Assembly (NCBI GenBank): GCA_003707115.1 | Contig: PPNB01000001.1 | Location: 310,001 to 374,000 of the forward strand | Source of the DNA: Tortispora ganteri | Lineage: Eukaryota | DNA: 64,000 nt | Reading direction: 5' to 3' | Made by a program: the position numbers and the translations under genes | Shown here: in pieces, positions 33,148 through 44,772 of the stretch | Numbering within the stretch: the stretch's first letter is position 1 | How the letters are laid out: the number at the start of each line of letters is the position of its first letter | The notes under the pieces: generated by a model | What the model saw: only the letters and a program-made list of their open reading frames with translations | What the model was told of the DNA's origin: nothing | The model's database searches: none

Positions 33148-35064
33148 ATGCCTCCAGGACCTGCAAGCAGCGTCACTTCTGTTGCTTATATCATCCGCCA
33201 ACGGCACTCATCATTTACACAACAGTATCGGCACTTATCGCCTTCGAATTTTCTCAATTCTCAAAAATCTCGCGAAACGCATGTTCATACCCGCCTGCAA
33301 ACTGATTCATCGGCTTCTGCTTCTTCCATACTTAGATCTCTCCCACACCCTGGTTTAGGGACGCTTAATAGCTTCTATGCCAATTCCAGCCTCTACGCAC
33401 GTGCAAACACCCCAGCATTTCTGTTAGATACGCTAGAACCTTCTTCAAATGTATCTATACTTGAACATGAGGCTCCTCACACCAGTGACGCTCTTGTGAA
33501 TGGCGTACAGGCCGCTTTGTATGGAGAGTCTGACGATGTAATTTACGGGGCACCGTATCTAGACGCCTGGGGCCTTTTCGATCCACAATCGATCTCTACC
33601 ACAGAGCCAATTTTAAGGCCTCTTGTTGATGCAATTGCTGCAAGAGACGATACAGCTGCGTATAATGCCTATATTGCTCTTTGCAAGTCAGGTAACGACT
33701 CAAAGATTACACGTCGTCTTTATTCCATGCTCTTGCTATCAATTAGACCAAGAGGTGAATCAAAATCCTCTACTCACGGAGCTCGACCTGTTTGCATGCT
33801 GAGGCTCGAACATGTCGAGCGCGATATGTACAAGCATGGCTATAAGGTTGATGCTATGGAATATTCGCACATGTTATGGGCTGCTCGGAACTGCGGTGAT
33901 ATACCTGACAATGTCCATGGACTCTGGGAACGCATTCAGACTCATTCGGTGCCTCTTGATGTTTGGATGTGGAATATGTACATTGCCGCTTATTGCTCCG
34001 GTTCTCCTATGCAATGGCAGATACGATTTCAGCTATCAGACTTTATTGAATCCGGTTCTGTGGAAGCTGCTGATAAGCCTACAACCCGAAAATCGTCTCC
34101 GCTGACCGATAAATATGCCTCTACTGCAGGTGATCGTGCAATAGCAATCCTAAATCAGATGCTGGATGCCGGATACCATCCAGACGCTACTACCTACTCT
34201 TATGTTGCGCTTGCACTTGCGAGAAGTAATCGACCGCAAGAAATAGAAGGGCTTGTAACTAGTGTTTGGGGAGTGACTCTTGATGGTCCGATTGAATCAT
34301 TTAAGCTAGTACCATACGGATCTATGCTTCGTCCGAATGGTGCTACTTTAGAAGCACTCGCTAATGCTCTTGGTGCTTCGGATCGGGTTTTCTCTGCCAT
34401 TGCACTGGTCAGCCGTATGGCTGAGGCTTACAGGATTGATCTTCGCCGGACTCAGCGTGTCTGGAAAGCACTTTTAAGATGGTCATATCATACTGCTAAA
34501 CCGTCGGGAAACACCCCACGCACTGTAACTTTTGCGATTTGGAAACTTATAGAGCGGTACCATGTACCTTTGGATCAAGAAATGTTCGAGTACGTGCTCA
34601 AATCAGAGCGTCGAGTGGGCCATTGTGATAATTTGGAAAGTTTGGCTTCAAAGCTATATTACAAATCTGACATTGCTGGTCATTTGACGCTGGTAGACTG
34701 GGCTTTAAAATTCTGCGTTCTCAAGCTAGTACGCCTTGGACGTATAGAGAAGGCGCTAGATATATCTAATAACTGGGTTCGCTTGAATCCTGCGCTGTAC
34801 CAACCTGTTAAGGATAGAGTCGAGCGGTTTATCGAAGAAGGCAACTGGGTTGTCAAACAACAACAAAGACAAGAAAGGTTAAAGCAAATACATGCTGCTA
34901 TAGAGAACGGCCGTGATCCGTTTAACGAATCTGGAGCAGCTACTGCCAATCATCGCAAAGAAGATCAAGAAATTGTGGAAGAACTTATCCAAAAATATTT
35001 CCCTGAATCTCGACCTAACTCACCTATGTCAAGTTCTGGTTCAATTTCTGCTGGTTCACTATAA
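33148..35064 (+). CDS. AEP2: Mitochondrial PPR-like ATP13/Aep2 family protein
   Basis: PPR-like WN.YI..Y and PDATTY; ATP13-type RP...L.A....G.....AI..V......Y.I.....W..LL.W.Y. Confidence 0.7.
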   Translation: MPPGPASSVTSVAYIIRQRHSSFTQQYRHLSPSNFLNSQKSRETHVHTRLQTDSSASASSILRSLPHPGLGTLNSFYANSSLYARANTPAFLLDTLEPSSNVSILEHEAPHTSDALVNGVQAALYGESDDVIYGAPYLDAWGLFDPQSISTTEPILRPLVDAIAARDDTAAYNAYIALCKSGNDSKITRRLYSMLLLSIRPRGESKSSTHGARPVCMLRLEHVERDMYKHGYKVDAMEYSHMLWAARNCGDIPDNVHGLWERIQTHSVPLDVWMWNMYIAAYCSGSPMQWQIRFQLSDFIESGSVEAADKPTTRKSSPLTDKYASTAGDRAIAILNQMLDAGYHPDATTYSYVALALARSNRPQEIEGLVTSVWGVTLDGPIESFKLVPYGSMLRPNGATLEALANALGASDRVFSAIALVSRMAEAYRIDLRRTQRVWKALLRWSYHTAKPSGNTPRTVTFAIWKLIERYHVPLDQEMFEYVLKSERRVGHCDNLESLASKLYYKSDIAGHLTLVDWALKFCVLKLVRLGRIEKALDISNNWVRLNPALYQPVKDRVERFIEEGNWVVKQQQRQERLKQIHAAIENGRDPFNESGAATANHRKEDQEIVEELIQKYFPESRPNSPMSSSGSISAGSL

Positions 35065-35212
35065 GTTACGCACGTGCCTGATAACTATTGGGGCTCCATG
35101 AGTTTCCCTGATGTTTTATCTTACTTGACGCGACCATTCTATTTCACATTTAATCATATTGTTTCCTCCATTATCACATCTAATATCAAGAAGGAGTCGA
35201 CCGCTTTTGTGT

Positions 35213-35926
35213 CTAGCAATTAATACATTGTAGTTCATTGACATATAAGTACCGTGAGAACATTAGCCAGAAATATCTGAACCACAACATCTGTGATTGG
35301 TGTCCTCGGGTCATAGCAGCCCAAGCCTTCAAGTAATCGGTAAAACTAGACATTGCTACGACTTTCTCACTAGTCCAGGTTGTGTATATACCATCAAGTA
35401 CACCGGTGTACTTCTTCCAGAGAGGAACACTCAACAGTTGATAGCACGGGGTCGTGACAGCCTCTAAGGCTTTCGACACTGCTATGTGATTCGTGTGTTT
35501 AGATATACCTAATTTATCAAATGTCAATATAGTTCTCGATGACGCAATGTGATCCTTCAAGGATTTCAATATTACATCAATCGGCCATTGTAGTGTCATC
35601 GAATCGGGTAGTTCGGGCACGTCATAAACATGGACATATTCCTTTGGTATTCCAAGCAGTTCACATGAATGCTGTAATTCTTCATTACGTATAGATCCTA
35701 ATCCTTCAGCATCTCCTGTTGATAATGAAACAACCGAAATAGGAACATTTTGACTTACAAGTTTAAGAATAGTGGGCGAAAAGAACATTACTTCATCATC
35801 AGGGTGTGCAATAACCAGCAGCACGGGGCCTTCCAGACTAGCTAAACTATTGTCACTAGATGTAACTGTAGCTTCCCATACGACTAACAGAATTACTAAA
35901 GATGTAACCAGGTTTCTAAGCCACAT
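35213..35926 (-). CDS. GPI12: GlcNAc-PI de-N-acetylase (PIG-L)
   Basis: AHPDDEVMFF.PT, G.S.H.NH, H.SQ..WFR, FSRY..VN.L. Confidence 0.95.
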   Translation of the reverse strand: MWLRNLVTSLVILLVVWEATVTSSDNSLASLEGPVLLVIAHPDDEVMFFSPTILKLVSQNVPISVVSLSTGDAEGLGSIRNEELQHSCELLGIPKEYVHVYDVPELPDSMTLQWPIDVILKSLKDHIASSRTILTFDKLGISKHTNHIAVSKALEAVTTPCYQLLSVPLWKKYTGVLDGIYTTWTSEKVVAMSSFTDYLKAWAAMTRGHQSQMLWFRYFWLMFSRYLYVNELQCINC

Positions 35927-36217
35927 CTGCTGTTGAACAATGTATCAATCACCTGGTTTCGCGCAAAAGGAAACAAGGTCAACTTATAACATCACGTGAT
36001 GTAGTGCTGATCTGAACTAACGGCGATGAACTTTAACTTAAAGCCTAGAAAACTAACATCTGCAGTAACATGGCGTGAAAATGAGGGGTTACGCAATAAA
36101 TTAAAGCAGAGCCGTACAAACCGAATGGAATAATGACCTAGACATTATATAAAGAAACGTTATTTATACATTTGTTCACAGGAACTCTGTACACTATTTC
36201 GCAGACACAAGTTTACA

Positions 36218-37327
36218 ATGTCACCCGTTAAGAGTATGACTGCCGTCAGATTTCATGGAGCAAATAATATTGCTGTTGACGAAGTAACCTGCCCGCAGAT
36301 CAGCAAACCTGACGATGTATTATTTGAGCCATATTGGTCTGGTATTTGCGGTACAGACTTGCATGAGTATGAGTGTGGGCCAGTACTAATCCCACATCCT
36401 GGTCATCCTCACCCCCTCACCAACGCTGAGCCTCCAGTTACGATTGGACATGAGATGTCTGGAGTAGTGATTGAAGTCGGTTCGGCAGTGACGAAACTGA
36501 AGCCCGGAGACAAAATATGCATTGAAGCAGTTATTAGCTGTGGCAAATGTTATGCATGTTCTCGAGGACAGACCAATTGCTGTACTGATCGCGGGTTCTA
36601 CGGCTTGTCAGGTATTGGCGGAGGGTTTGCAGAAATGTCAGTGGCACCTGAATCTATAGTGCACAAGCTCCCTGATGACATTGATCTGAAAATTGGCGCG
36701 CTTGTAGAGCCATTGGCCGTGGCTTACCACGCAGTGAAGCTTGGAAACGTGAAGGAGGGCGACACTGCACTCATATTGGGTGCAGGTCCTATCGGCATAG
36801 CATGCATTCTTGCTCTTCAAATTGAGGGGTTTTCCAAAATATATGTGTCTGAGCCAGCTCTTATACGCCGTAATCAGGCAGAAAGATTTGGTGCAACTGT
36901 TATCGACCCTTTGACGGAAGATACTCTGGAACGAGTCCGGGAAATCACCAATAACGCCGGCGTCGATGTCACATTTGACTGCGCAGGAAATCAGCTTGTA
37001 GCAGAGTTGGCGCTGAACGCTCTCAGGCCCGGAGGAAAAGCCGTCACTATCGCAATTTCTGCTAAACCTTTCACTATTGACTACTATTCTTTGCTGATCG
37101 ACCAAGAGAAAAGCGTGGTAGGATCTATTTGCTATAATTACCAGGATTTTGAAGATGTGATAGCTGCTCTCCACATGAAGAAGATAGATCCTTCTCCGAT
37201 GATTACGGGCATGATCAATGCTCGTAATATCGTCGAACACGGATTTGAGCAGCTTATCCACCATAAAGAGGAGCACATAAAAATAATTGGAACCCTCAAG
37301 GACGAACTACTCTATCATCTTATATGA
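36218..37327 (+). CDS. Zn-dependent 2,3-butanediol dehydrogenase-like MDR
   Basis: GICGTDLHEY, GHEMSG, structural-Zn Cys cluster, LGAGPIG. Confidence 0.9.
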   Translation: MSPVKSMTAVRFHGANNIAVDEVTCPQISKPDDVLFEPYWSGICGTDLHEYECGPVLIPHPGHPHPLTNAEPPVTIGHEMSGVVIEVGSAVTKLKPGDKICIEAVISCGKCYACSRGQTNCCTDRGFYGLSGIGGGFAEMSVAPESIVHKLPDDIDLKIGALVEPLAVAYHAVKLGNVKEGDTALILGAGPIGIACILALQIEGFSKIYVSEPALIRRNQAERFGATVIDPLTEDTLERVREITNNAGVDVTFDCAGNQLVAELALNALRPGGKAVTIAISAKPFTIDYYSLLIDQEKSVVGSICYNYQDFEDVIAALHMKKIDPSPMITGMINARNIVEHGFEQLIHHKEEHIKIIGTLKDELLYHLI

Positions 37328-37386
37328 TCTGCATTTATTTAGTGACATTAACTGTGAAAAATAATAATAACATTCATATTTGTACA

Positions 37387-39069
37387 CTAGACAGCTGCAT
37401 GTAATTGTTTAGCCATCCTTTGCTTTCGGATATCTTTCTGCCTTGCTCTTTTGTTTACATCATGTTGTTCTTTCTTTAATTGTGCGTCATAAAAATCCAA
37501 TCCACTGTCATCTTCAGAGTTCCATTCCGAGCCAATTTCGTCAATTGAGACTTTCGGAGCAGGCCCGCTATATTCCAAACATTCGCGCACACTTTTGTTA
37601 TGCGCAAAATGAACATGAAATCCGTTACCTAATACGCGCCTCAAAATCTGAAGTCGAACATAAACATACCAAGAATCAATAGTTAGCTGAGCTCTTGCGG
37701 TCTTGCCCTTTCCAGAAGCTTTAACGTCACCAAAGGCCAACGTCAATTGTGGCCTTCCAGCACTGGACGCCTCATTTGCATCAATATACTCGTCATTACC
37801 TACTGTAGAGAACTGTACAGGTTCTCCTTGGTCGTCTTTCAAGTCATTTTGGTACATGTTGTATTCCTGTATGGCTTTAGATATTGAAGTGACGGTATCC
37901 AGTACATCTCTGAAGAGCACATGTTGCGTTTTCCGATCAGCTTTGGCTCTCCATTTAGAGCTCTCTGTAGCTAGTTCAGATAGTGTATCCCATAAAACTT
38001 CGACATCTTCTACAGGATTAGGAATTTCCAATGTAGACCGAGCACCACTACTGGGGTCAGACAGCTCATCCGGGAAGCAATCGTATATAGCCTCGTAAAC
38101 CGTAGCAATCGCTTGACCAGCTGTAATTCTTACAGGAAAAGAAGTTGAATCTAACTGATCAATCAGCCCTGGTAGCGTTTCTGTAGCCAAGCTAAATATA
38201 CATTTGCTGTTGGCTCGAACAGCAGTGAGGAGCAACGATAACGCATGAATAGCAGCTGCTACAACAATTTCGTTATCGGGGAACCCTATTGATGCACCAT
38301 CAGATGAAATTATAGAGTTGAGATCATCCATTCCCATTTGGCATTCATAATTACCCGAACAGAAATATAGCACTATCGCATATGTTGATATTGCGGCACT
38401 AATAAGACGTTCATTTCCACCATCATAGAGATCATCACTATCATCGTCTGCTGCAGCCGCAGAGTCATCAAGCATATCATCAACAGTAACTAGTGTGTCA
38501 CCACTTGATCCTTTCAGTATGCCACGTATTAACTTCCCGGAAATCGCTACGTCATAAAGATCTTCCAAATCAGGAATAGTGATAGCCAGCAGCGACATCA
38601 CATTGAGTCCGAGTACAGCTTCAGAAACAGATCGTGCGCGTCTCACACATCTCCCTAAGGCTAATGCCAACGCTGAAGGGTCGCATTTGGTTTCTAACAC
38701 ATCCCGCGTATAATGTTCAGTCATGATAGAGACTAGATCAGAAAGCGCTGACTCTCGCGACAATAACGATGAAGACTTATGTTCTTCACATAAATGTTTA
38801 GAATTCTCCACAAGTCTGCGATCCCATGATTTTTTCGCAGTACGAGAGTTCAATCCTTCAAGTGCTAATTTAGACATTCCATGAGCCAAGTTCTCGGAGG
38901 CGGTGCCTGGATCATTGATCTCATCTTCCGTGTCAGAAACGGCTCTAGAACTGGCTTTAGACGAAGCACGCGGGGAAGACAGGGCTCCTCGTCTTTTTGG
39001 AGATTCTGATCCAGAAAGTAATCCCGAACTAGATAGCTTGCTCGCCACTTTTCGTTGTAAATTTGACAT
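37387..39069 (-). CDS. IFRD-domain protein (interferon-related developmental regulator family)
   Basis: V.I.AG..IA..YE, L.ELA..S.K...K.DRK.Q...FRDV, I.SW....R...LR..LG.G...H; ATG at 39069. Confidence 0.8.
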   Translation of the reverse strand: MSNLQRKVASKLSSSGLLSGSESPKRRGALSSPRASSKASSRAVSDTEDEINDPGTASENLAHGMSKLALEGLNSRTAKKSWDRRLVENSKHLCEEHKSSSLLSRESALSDLVSIMTEHYTRDVLETKCDPSALALALGRCVRRARSVSEAVLGLNVMSLLAITIPDLEDLYDVAISGKLIRGILKGSSGDTLVTVDDMLDDSAAAADDDSDDLYDGGNERLISAAISTYAIVLYFCSGNYECQMGMDDLNSIISSDGASIGFPDNEIVVAAAIHALSLLLTAVRANSKCIFSLATETLPGLIDQLDSTSFPVRITAGQAIATVYEAIYDCFPDELSDPSSGARSTLEIPNPVEDVEVLWDTLSELATESSKWRAKADRKTQHVLFRDVLDTVTSISKAIQEYNMYQNDLKDDQGEPVQFSTVGNDEYIDANEASSAGRPQLTLAFGDVKASGKGKTARAQLTIDSWYVYVRLQILRRVLGNGFHVHFAHNKSVRECLEYSGPAPKVSIDEIGSEWNSEDDSGLDFYDAQLKKEQHDVNKRARQKDIRKQRMAKQLHAAV

Positions 39070-39994
39070 TATCAGAAGTGTGGGGTAAATCTTTCGACAA
39101 ATAGGGTGATGCACAATATATTCGGGAATAGCTTATGGGCTAACTTAATTAGCATTACCCTGCATATTCATCCTTGACTGACAAATAAAAATACATGTTC
39201 TCTAAATCATAAATACAAATAAATAACTAGCATACTGAAGAAATGTCATATTATTGATATTAGTATTGGAATTGATAACATTCGCTATCAATGACTTCGA
39301 GGCCTGTGTTTTTATTGCCATGCTCGCTATGGGATGTGTAAATATCAATGCCTTTAGATCTTTTACCTACCTGCAAATGGCCGTACCATGTCTGATGTCC
39401 GATTTTACTCAAAGCTTGACCCGTAATGACGCAGAGCATTCTGTATATACTCAAATTTTTTGGTGAAGAAACTGAAATTTATTTAAACATTCATGGTACA
39501 GGTGTGTGTTATGAGCTAATGATATACTGAATCGTTCAATGTTGCATAATCCAATTGTTTTGTGAACAGTCTTTTTAAATACGTCTCTTCTCCTTTTGCC
39601 TCTCTTTTGATTCACATGAGCGTTGAAACCTTTGTTAATTATAAGAAGGACTCTTAATACTGGCGACGATATGCACAGTCGTATATATAAAGCGTTACAT
39701 TTGAACTCGAATGACACGATCCAAACTATTAATTTTTAACATGAAGGAATATCTGTAAAAACAGAGAAACAGCTGTTTCATAAAAGTCATATAGTACTGT
39801 TTTCAAGATATCTAGATCTCGAAGCTCTTTCTCATAAAACCAAATCAAGAAAGAGCGTTATATCCGTCAAACTTTGTTACGGACCCGAACCCTTATTTCA
39901 CCAATGTATGTAAAAGGGGAAAGGGCATGATCTATTTGAACACTAGCCATAAATACAATAGGAGAGACTTAAAACCGGATGATACTGAAATATA

Positions 39995-42136
39995 ATGGAG
40001 TACAATGAGAAATCTAATATATTTGCGAACTATGAAGTTTTGGATTCTATAAGCACAAACTCCACCTCTAAGGCTTCAACGCGCGCACAAGCTATTATGC
40101 ATAACGAAACTGCGGGATCTAGCAACATAGCTGCGACTACAGATTTTGTCATAGTTTTTGAATATGGTTCAATTAAGTCTAGCAATGAAAAGGAGAAGGA
40201 ACTGTCGAATATTCTTGACGTTCTCACCCACATAAGTGCAACCGCCACAACGCGACCTTGTTCTCCGACCGCGTTGTTGATTCTAGTCCACATGCCTGCT
40301 AACGTTATCAATAGGAAATACGCTGAATCACGTGTCCAAAGTTGGTGTCTCGGTTTAGATACGAATGATTTGCTTGATTTAACTAGCGATATGACATTGT
40401 CCGATAAAATTAGCATTGGTTACAACATTTTAACTGCTCCTCTCGCTGAAGGAGGTTGCGGAATCACCCCTAATTATGGAAAATGGAAGTTCGTCACATC
40501 TATCTACGCTCCCCAAGATAAGAAGTTTAACAAGGATTTTCTTGAGAAATGGTCTAAAAAGTACTTTGTCTCTGATTCCGATCTAGAAAGCATTAAGATA
40601 AATTTTGGTGCTGAGGTAGCATTATACTTCCATTTCCTGCAAGCTTACCTTAAATGGGGTTTGTTTCTCTCTCTAATTGGTATACTGACTTACTTCTTTG
40701 CTACTCCTTATAGTGCTTTCTACGCTATTATTACAATTGCATGGGCTATATCTTTTATAGAATATTGGCGCCGAAAACAAACACGCTTGGCTGTCGAATG
40801 GGGTACACTTGGTGTATCTAATGCTGAAGGTTTACGCGCTGAATTTAAAGGCTCATACCAAGTAAAAAATCCAATTACTGGAATATTACAGCCGTACTAT
40901 CCAGCATGGAAACGTTCTCTTATTCAGATTGTAATGTTCTCTTTTTCGTTGGTTGCTGGTTGCATACTCATATTCTTTCAAACTTGCATCTACTCGATAG
41001 AGATATATTTCCGTCAAGTATACACAGGTCCATTTCAGCCTCTTTTTGTCTTTATACCTACTGTCCTGCTTACTGTGGTGGTGGCTACTTTCACTGCAGC
41101 TTACCAATTTTTCGTCTCGGTGTCGCTGCGAATCGAAAACTATGCGAACAGAAGCGACTATGATTTCTTTTATATTCAAAAGGTTTTCGTCTTGAATTTT
41201 TTAGTCAGTTATGGGGCATTACTTTGGACGGCTTACCTCTATCTTCCATTTGGCAATTTGGTTGACAATAATTTGGATAAAATTGTACTACATCTTAGCC
41301 AATATTCTGAGAAAAGCCACGAATACACTTGCTCGAAATTCGTCCTGGACAATAATAAGCTCCGTGATCAATTTATTTATTTCATGGTCACAGCTCAAAT
41401 AATCAACTTAGCGGTAGAAACTTTGTTGCCTATTGCTTTACAATATTTAAAATTGTTTTTCCGAACAAAGATCTTGAAGATCAAATTTGAACCAGATGAC
41501 GACCCGAAAGAGCACCAATTCTTAACACAGTTACGTGCCGCTTCCGAAAAGCCACCTTATACTCCACCAGATGACTACAGAGAGATGGTCATCCAATTTG
41601 GCTATTTGGTAATGTTTGGCACGATCTGGCCACTGGCCCCAGTTGCCGTGACTATTAACAATTGGTTTGAAATGCGTGGCGACGCTGTGAAGATGTGTGT
41701 TGATTGCCAAAGACCCATTCCTCGCAAAACTGACTCAATTGGTGCTTGGCTTATGCATTTGGAATTTCTTACCTGGTTAGGAAGCATAGTCTCGGCTAGC
41801 CTTGTGGCAATGTACTCTCCAAGCGATTCGCCATATTTTTGGCCGATTCACCGCAGCCCGAAAAGAATCCTGCTGATAGTGTTGGCAGCAGAACACTTAT
41901 ACTTGCTTATTCGAATGTTTATCCGGCATATTTATGGTTCTAGTGACTTAGGAACGTTAGCGCACGACCGAGCGCTGTACGCAACTCGCAGTAGAATCGT
42001 CTTAGAGAGCGTGAACCTTGATCGACAGTTCCCCGAGACTTCATCGCGGTCGGAAGCATTAGCTATTAACCGTGCTCAATACAAGCACGGGATCTCACTG
42101 ATGAATAATAAATCCGATAATAAGAAGAATGATTAA
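39995..42136 (+). CDS. IST2: Anoctamin/TMEM16 family membrane protein
   Basis: FG..VA.YF.FL, F.EYW.R.Q, DY.EM..QFGY, NNW.E.RGD, IG.W. Confidence 0.9.
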   Translation: MEYNEKSNIFANYEVLDSISTNSTSKASTRAQAIMHNETAGSSNIAATTDFVIVFEYGSIKSSNEKEKELSNILDVLTHISATATTRPCSPTALLILVHMPANVINRKYAESRVQSWCLGLDTNDLLDLTSDMTLSDKISIGYNILTAPLAEGGCGITPNYGKWKFVTSIYAPQDKKFNKDFLEKWSKKYFVSDSDLESIKINFGAEVALYFHFLQAYLKWGLFLSLIGILTYFFATPYSAFYAIITIAWAISFIEYWRRKQTRLAVEWGTLGVSNAEGLRAEFKGSYQVKNPITGILQPYYPAWKRSLIQIVMFSFSLVAGCILIFFQTCIYSIEIYFRQVYTGPFQPLFVFIPTVLLTVVVATFTAAYQFFVSVSLRIENYANRSDYDFFYIQKVFVLNFLVSYGALLWTAYLYLPFGNLVDNNLDKIVLHLSQYSEKSHEYTCSKFVLDNNKLRDQFIYFMVTAQIINLAVETLLPIALQYLKLFFRTKILKIKFEPDDDPKEHQFLTQLRAASEKPPYTPPDDYREMVIQFGYLVMFGTIWPLAPVAVTINNWFEMRGDAVKMCVDCQRPIPRKTDSIGAWLMHLEFLTWLGSIVSASLVAMYSPSDSPYFWPIHRSPKRILLIVLAAEHLYLLIRMFIRHIYGSSDLGTLAHDRALYATRSRIVLESVNLDRQFPETSSRSEALAINRAQYKHGISLMNNKSDNKKND

Positions 42137-42291
42137 TACAAATAGCAGTGTATTTTGCTGTTCATTCTTTCTTAATCAGAATATGACATCGCAATAATAG
42201 CAATCAGCAAAGAGCGCTGTTGGTTTCCCCCGTACTTGGCTCCCACCCCCCACTGACCCCTTCCCTTTTGACAACTACACAATATATTATA

Positions 42292-43669
42292 ATGGCTACA
42301 ACCGTTGAAGCCGATAGCGGCATCCGACCCGTAAGTATTTAAACTATATTTCATTTTAATGTGAGAAATTTTTACTAACCGCTACGGCTGCTCCGTTATG
42401 CCCTTGTTTGTTGCGATTGTGGCGCTATTGTTAGGGTAGACTCGTGCCACCCGCAGAATGCCATAGACCTAGACCTACAAGGACTAAACGACAATTTGCC
42501 GGACCTATTTGTAGTACTACTTAAAAAAGATCGAAGAGACTGAATTTGAAATTAATGAAAAAGAAGAAAATGTAAGACGCTTGGAGGCACAGCGCAATTT
42601 ACTTAACGCTAGAGTGCGTCTATTAAGAGAAGAGCTTCAGTTTTTACAAGAACCTGGCTCATATGTTGGCGAAGTTATCAAAACAATGAGCAAGAATAAA
42701 GTACTGGTTAAAGCACATCCTGAAGGTAAATATGTGGTTGATATTGCTTCTGATATAGATATCAAAGCTATAACGCCCAGTCTCCGTGTGTGTTTACGAT
42801 CAGACACATATCAACTTCACAAGATTTTGCCTAACAAAGTCGATCCCTTAGTATCGCTCATGATGGTTGAAAAAGTTCCCGACAGCACTTACGATATGAT
42901 CGGTGGTCTTGATAATCAAATTAAAGAAATCAAGGAGGTGATTGAGTTACCAGTGAAGCACCCTGAACTCTTTGAATCGTTAGGCATCGCACAGCCTAAA
43001 GGTGTCTTGCTCTACGGTCCTCCCGGTACTGGCAAGACACTTTTGGCTAGAGCTGTTGCGCACCACACTGAATGCAAATTCATCCGCGTTAGTGGTTCTG
43101 AACTTGTACAAAAATACATCGGTGAAGGAAGCCGAATGGTTCGAGAACTTTTTGTCATGGCTCGTGAGCACGCTCCTAGCATTATCTTCATGGATGAGAT
43201 TGACTCCATTGGATCTAGTCGGAATGAAGGCAGTTCAGGAGGCGATTCTGAAGTGCAGCGCACTATGTTAGAACTACTAAATCAGTTAGATGGTTTTGAA
43301 CCCTCCAAGAATATCAAAATTATCATGGCAACTAATCGGTTGGATATTCTGGATCCGGCACTTCTTCGACCTGGAAGAATCGACAGAAAGATTGAGTTTC
43401 CCCCACCAACAGTTGAAGCGAGAACGGATATTTTACGGATCCATTCGCGTAAGATGAACCTGACGCGTGGAATAAATTTGAGAAAGATTGCTGAGAAAAT
43501 GAGTGGTTCTTCGGGTGCAGAGGTGAAAGGTGTGTGCACGGAAGCTGGTATGTATGCGCTGCGTGAGAGACGCATACACGTTACTCAAGAAGACTTCGAA
43601 TTAGCGGTCGCTAAGGTCATGTCGAAGAACGAAGAAGGACAGGTTTCTTTGGCCAAGCTATTCAAGTAG
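42292..43669 (+). CDS. RPT6: 26S proteasome AAA ATPase Rpt6; exons 42292-42330 and 42515-43669
   Basis: Splicing gives [27 protein letters not shown]-terminal KLFK. Confidence 0.96.
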
Positions 43670-43707
43670 TTTCTATGAGATCTATGTTGTGTAAATATGT
43701 GTTTGTA

Positions 43708-43737
43708 ATATATATATATATATATATACATATATAT
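43708..43737. repeat. (AT)n microsatellite in convergent terminator region
   Basis: About 30-nt AT run with one CA interruption between RPT6 and BTS1 stops. Confidence 0.85.
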
Positions 43738-43793
43738 TTGCGCATCTTGTTTTGCAGGCTATAATATTATTAGTTCTGTAAAAGAAAAGAAAG

Positions 43794-44772
43794 TCATGAT
43801 TCCATTAAATTGGCTATTCCTTGCACCATCTTGGTTATCAAAGCCTTTATTGCGTCATTTGGAGGCAGATCAGCTAGTATGTTGCTCAAGTTCGTGATTT
43901 CTAAAGCAGCAATGGTCTGACAATAGTCAAAACTCCCGGCCTTATTCTTCATGTAGTCTCTTGCAATGAGCTTAATTTCGTTGTCAGTGGAATGTTGCTT
44001 GATAATGTATGGTATAGGATTATTAGGATCCTTGAAGTTGTATGCATGTATGACTGGTAAAGAAAATTTGCCTTCGGTGATATCATCGCAGAATCCTTTT
44101 TGTGCATGGTAAGATGAGGATGCCAAACTCTTTATGTCATCTAGAATCTGAAATATAACACCTAGAGACTGAGCTACTGTTAGTATAGGTTTCATTGTAG
44201 CTGCATCAGTATTCGAGGCGCCCATCATGAGAGCTATAGCTAGTTCGAACAGACCGCCAGTTTTGCATTTCACCATAGCGATATATTCTTCGGTAGTAGG
44301 ACACTGTCCAGTATCTCTCCAGTGTAAATCCATCGCTTGGCCTTCATGAAGTTTAAGCATAGCTCTGGCATATATTTCAGCGCCGTCTTTGATGTCGAAT
44401 CGTAGTAGTAACTCCAAAGCCTTGAAGTACATGTAATTGGCAGAATTAATTGTTTGTGGTACGCCAAATATTAGGTGCGCTGATGGTTGGCCTCTCCTTC
44501 GCATAGCTGTATCTTCTATATCGTCAATCAGTAGCGAAGCGTTGTGAAGCCAGTCAACAATGGTGTTAATGACTTGAAGCTTCAGTTCAGGCACATCTAG
44601 CCATAAATTGAAAGCTGCGATCACATCTTTCCTGAAATTCTTACCAGGTGCGTTAGCAAGGTAGTTGTACGGCGCTTGAGCAATCTATTGGTTAGTATAT
44701 TTGTAATTTGAATATAAATATTATTTTACTTACCTGAATTGCAGTCTGCAAATCATTCAGATCATCACACAT
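43794..44772 (-). CDS. BTS1: Geranylgeranyl diphosphate synthase; exons 44772-44734 and 44684-43794
   Basis: 49-nt intron GTAAGT..TACTAAC.CAATAG; PY.YL..PGK, LLIDDIED...RRG, KTGGLF, FQILDD, DDITEGKFS. Confidence 0.93.

Noticed and set aside
42431..42445. Micro-exon or twin-intron structure in the RPT6 intron (TTAG G GTAGAC)
   Set aside because: A 1-nt exon would frameshift the gene, and the donor is poor.
43349..43462. Alternative CUG decoding (Ser/Ala clades)
   Set aside because: CTG encodes conserved Leu in Rpt6 (ILDPAL, MNLTRG), consistent with the standard code.
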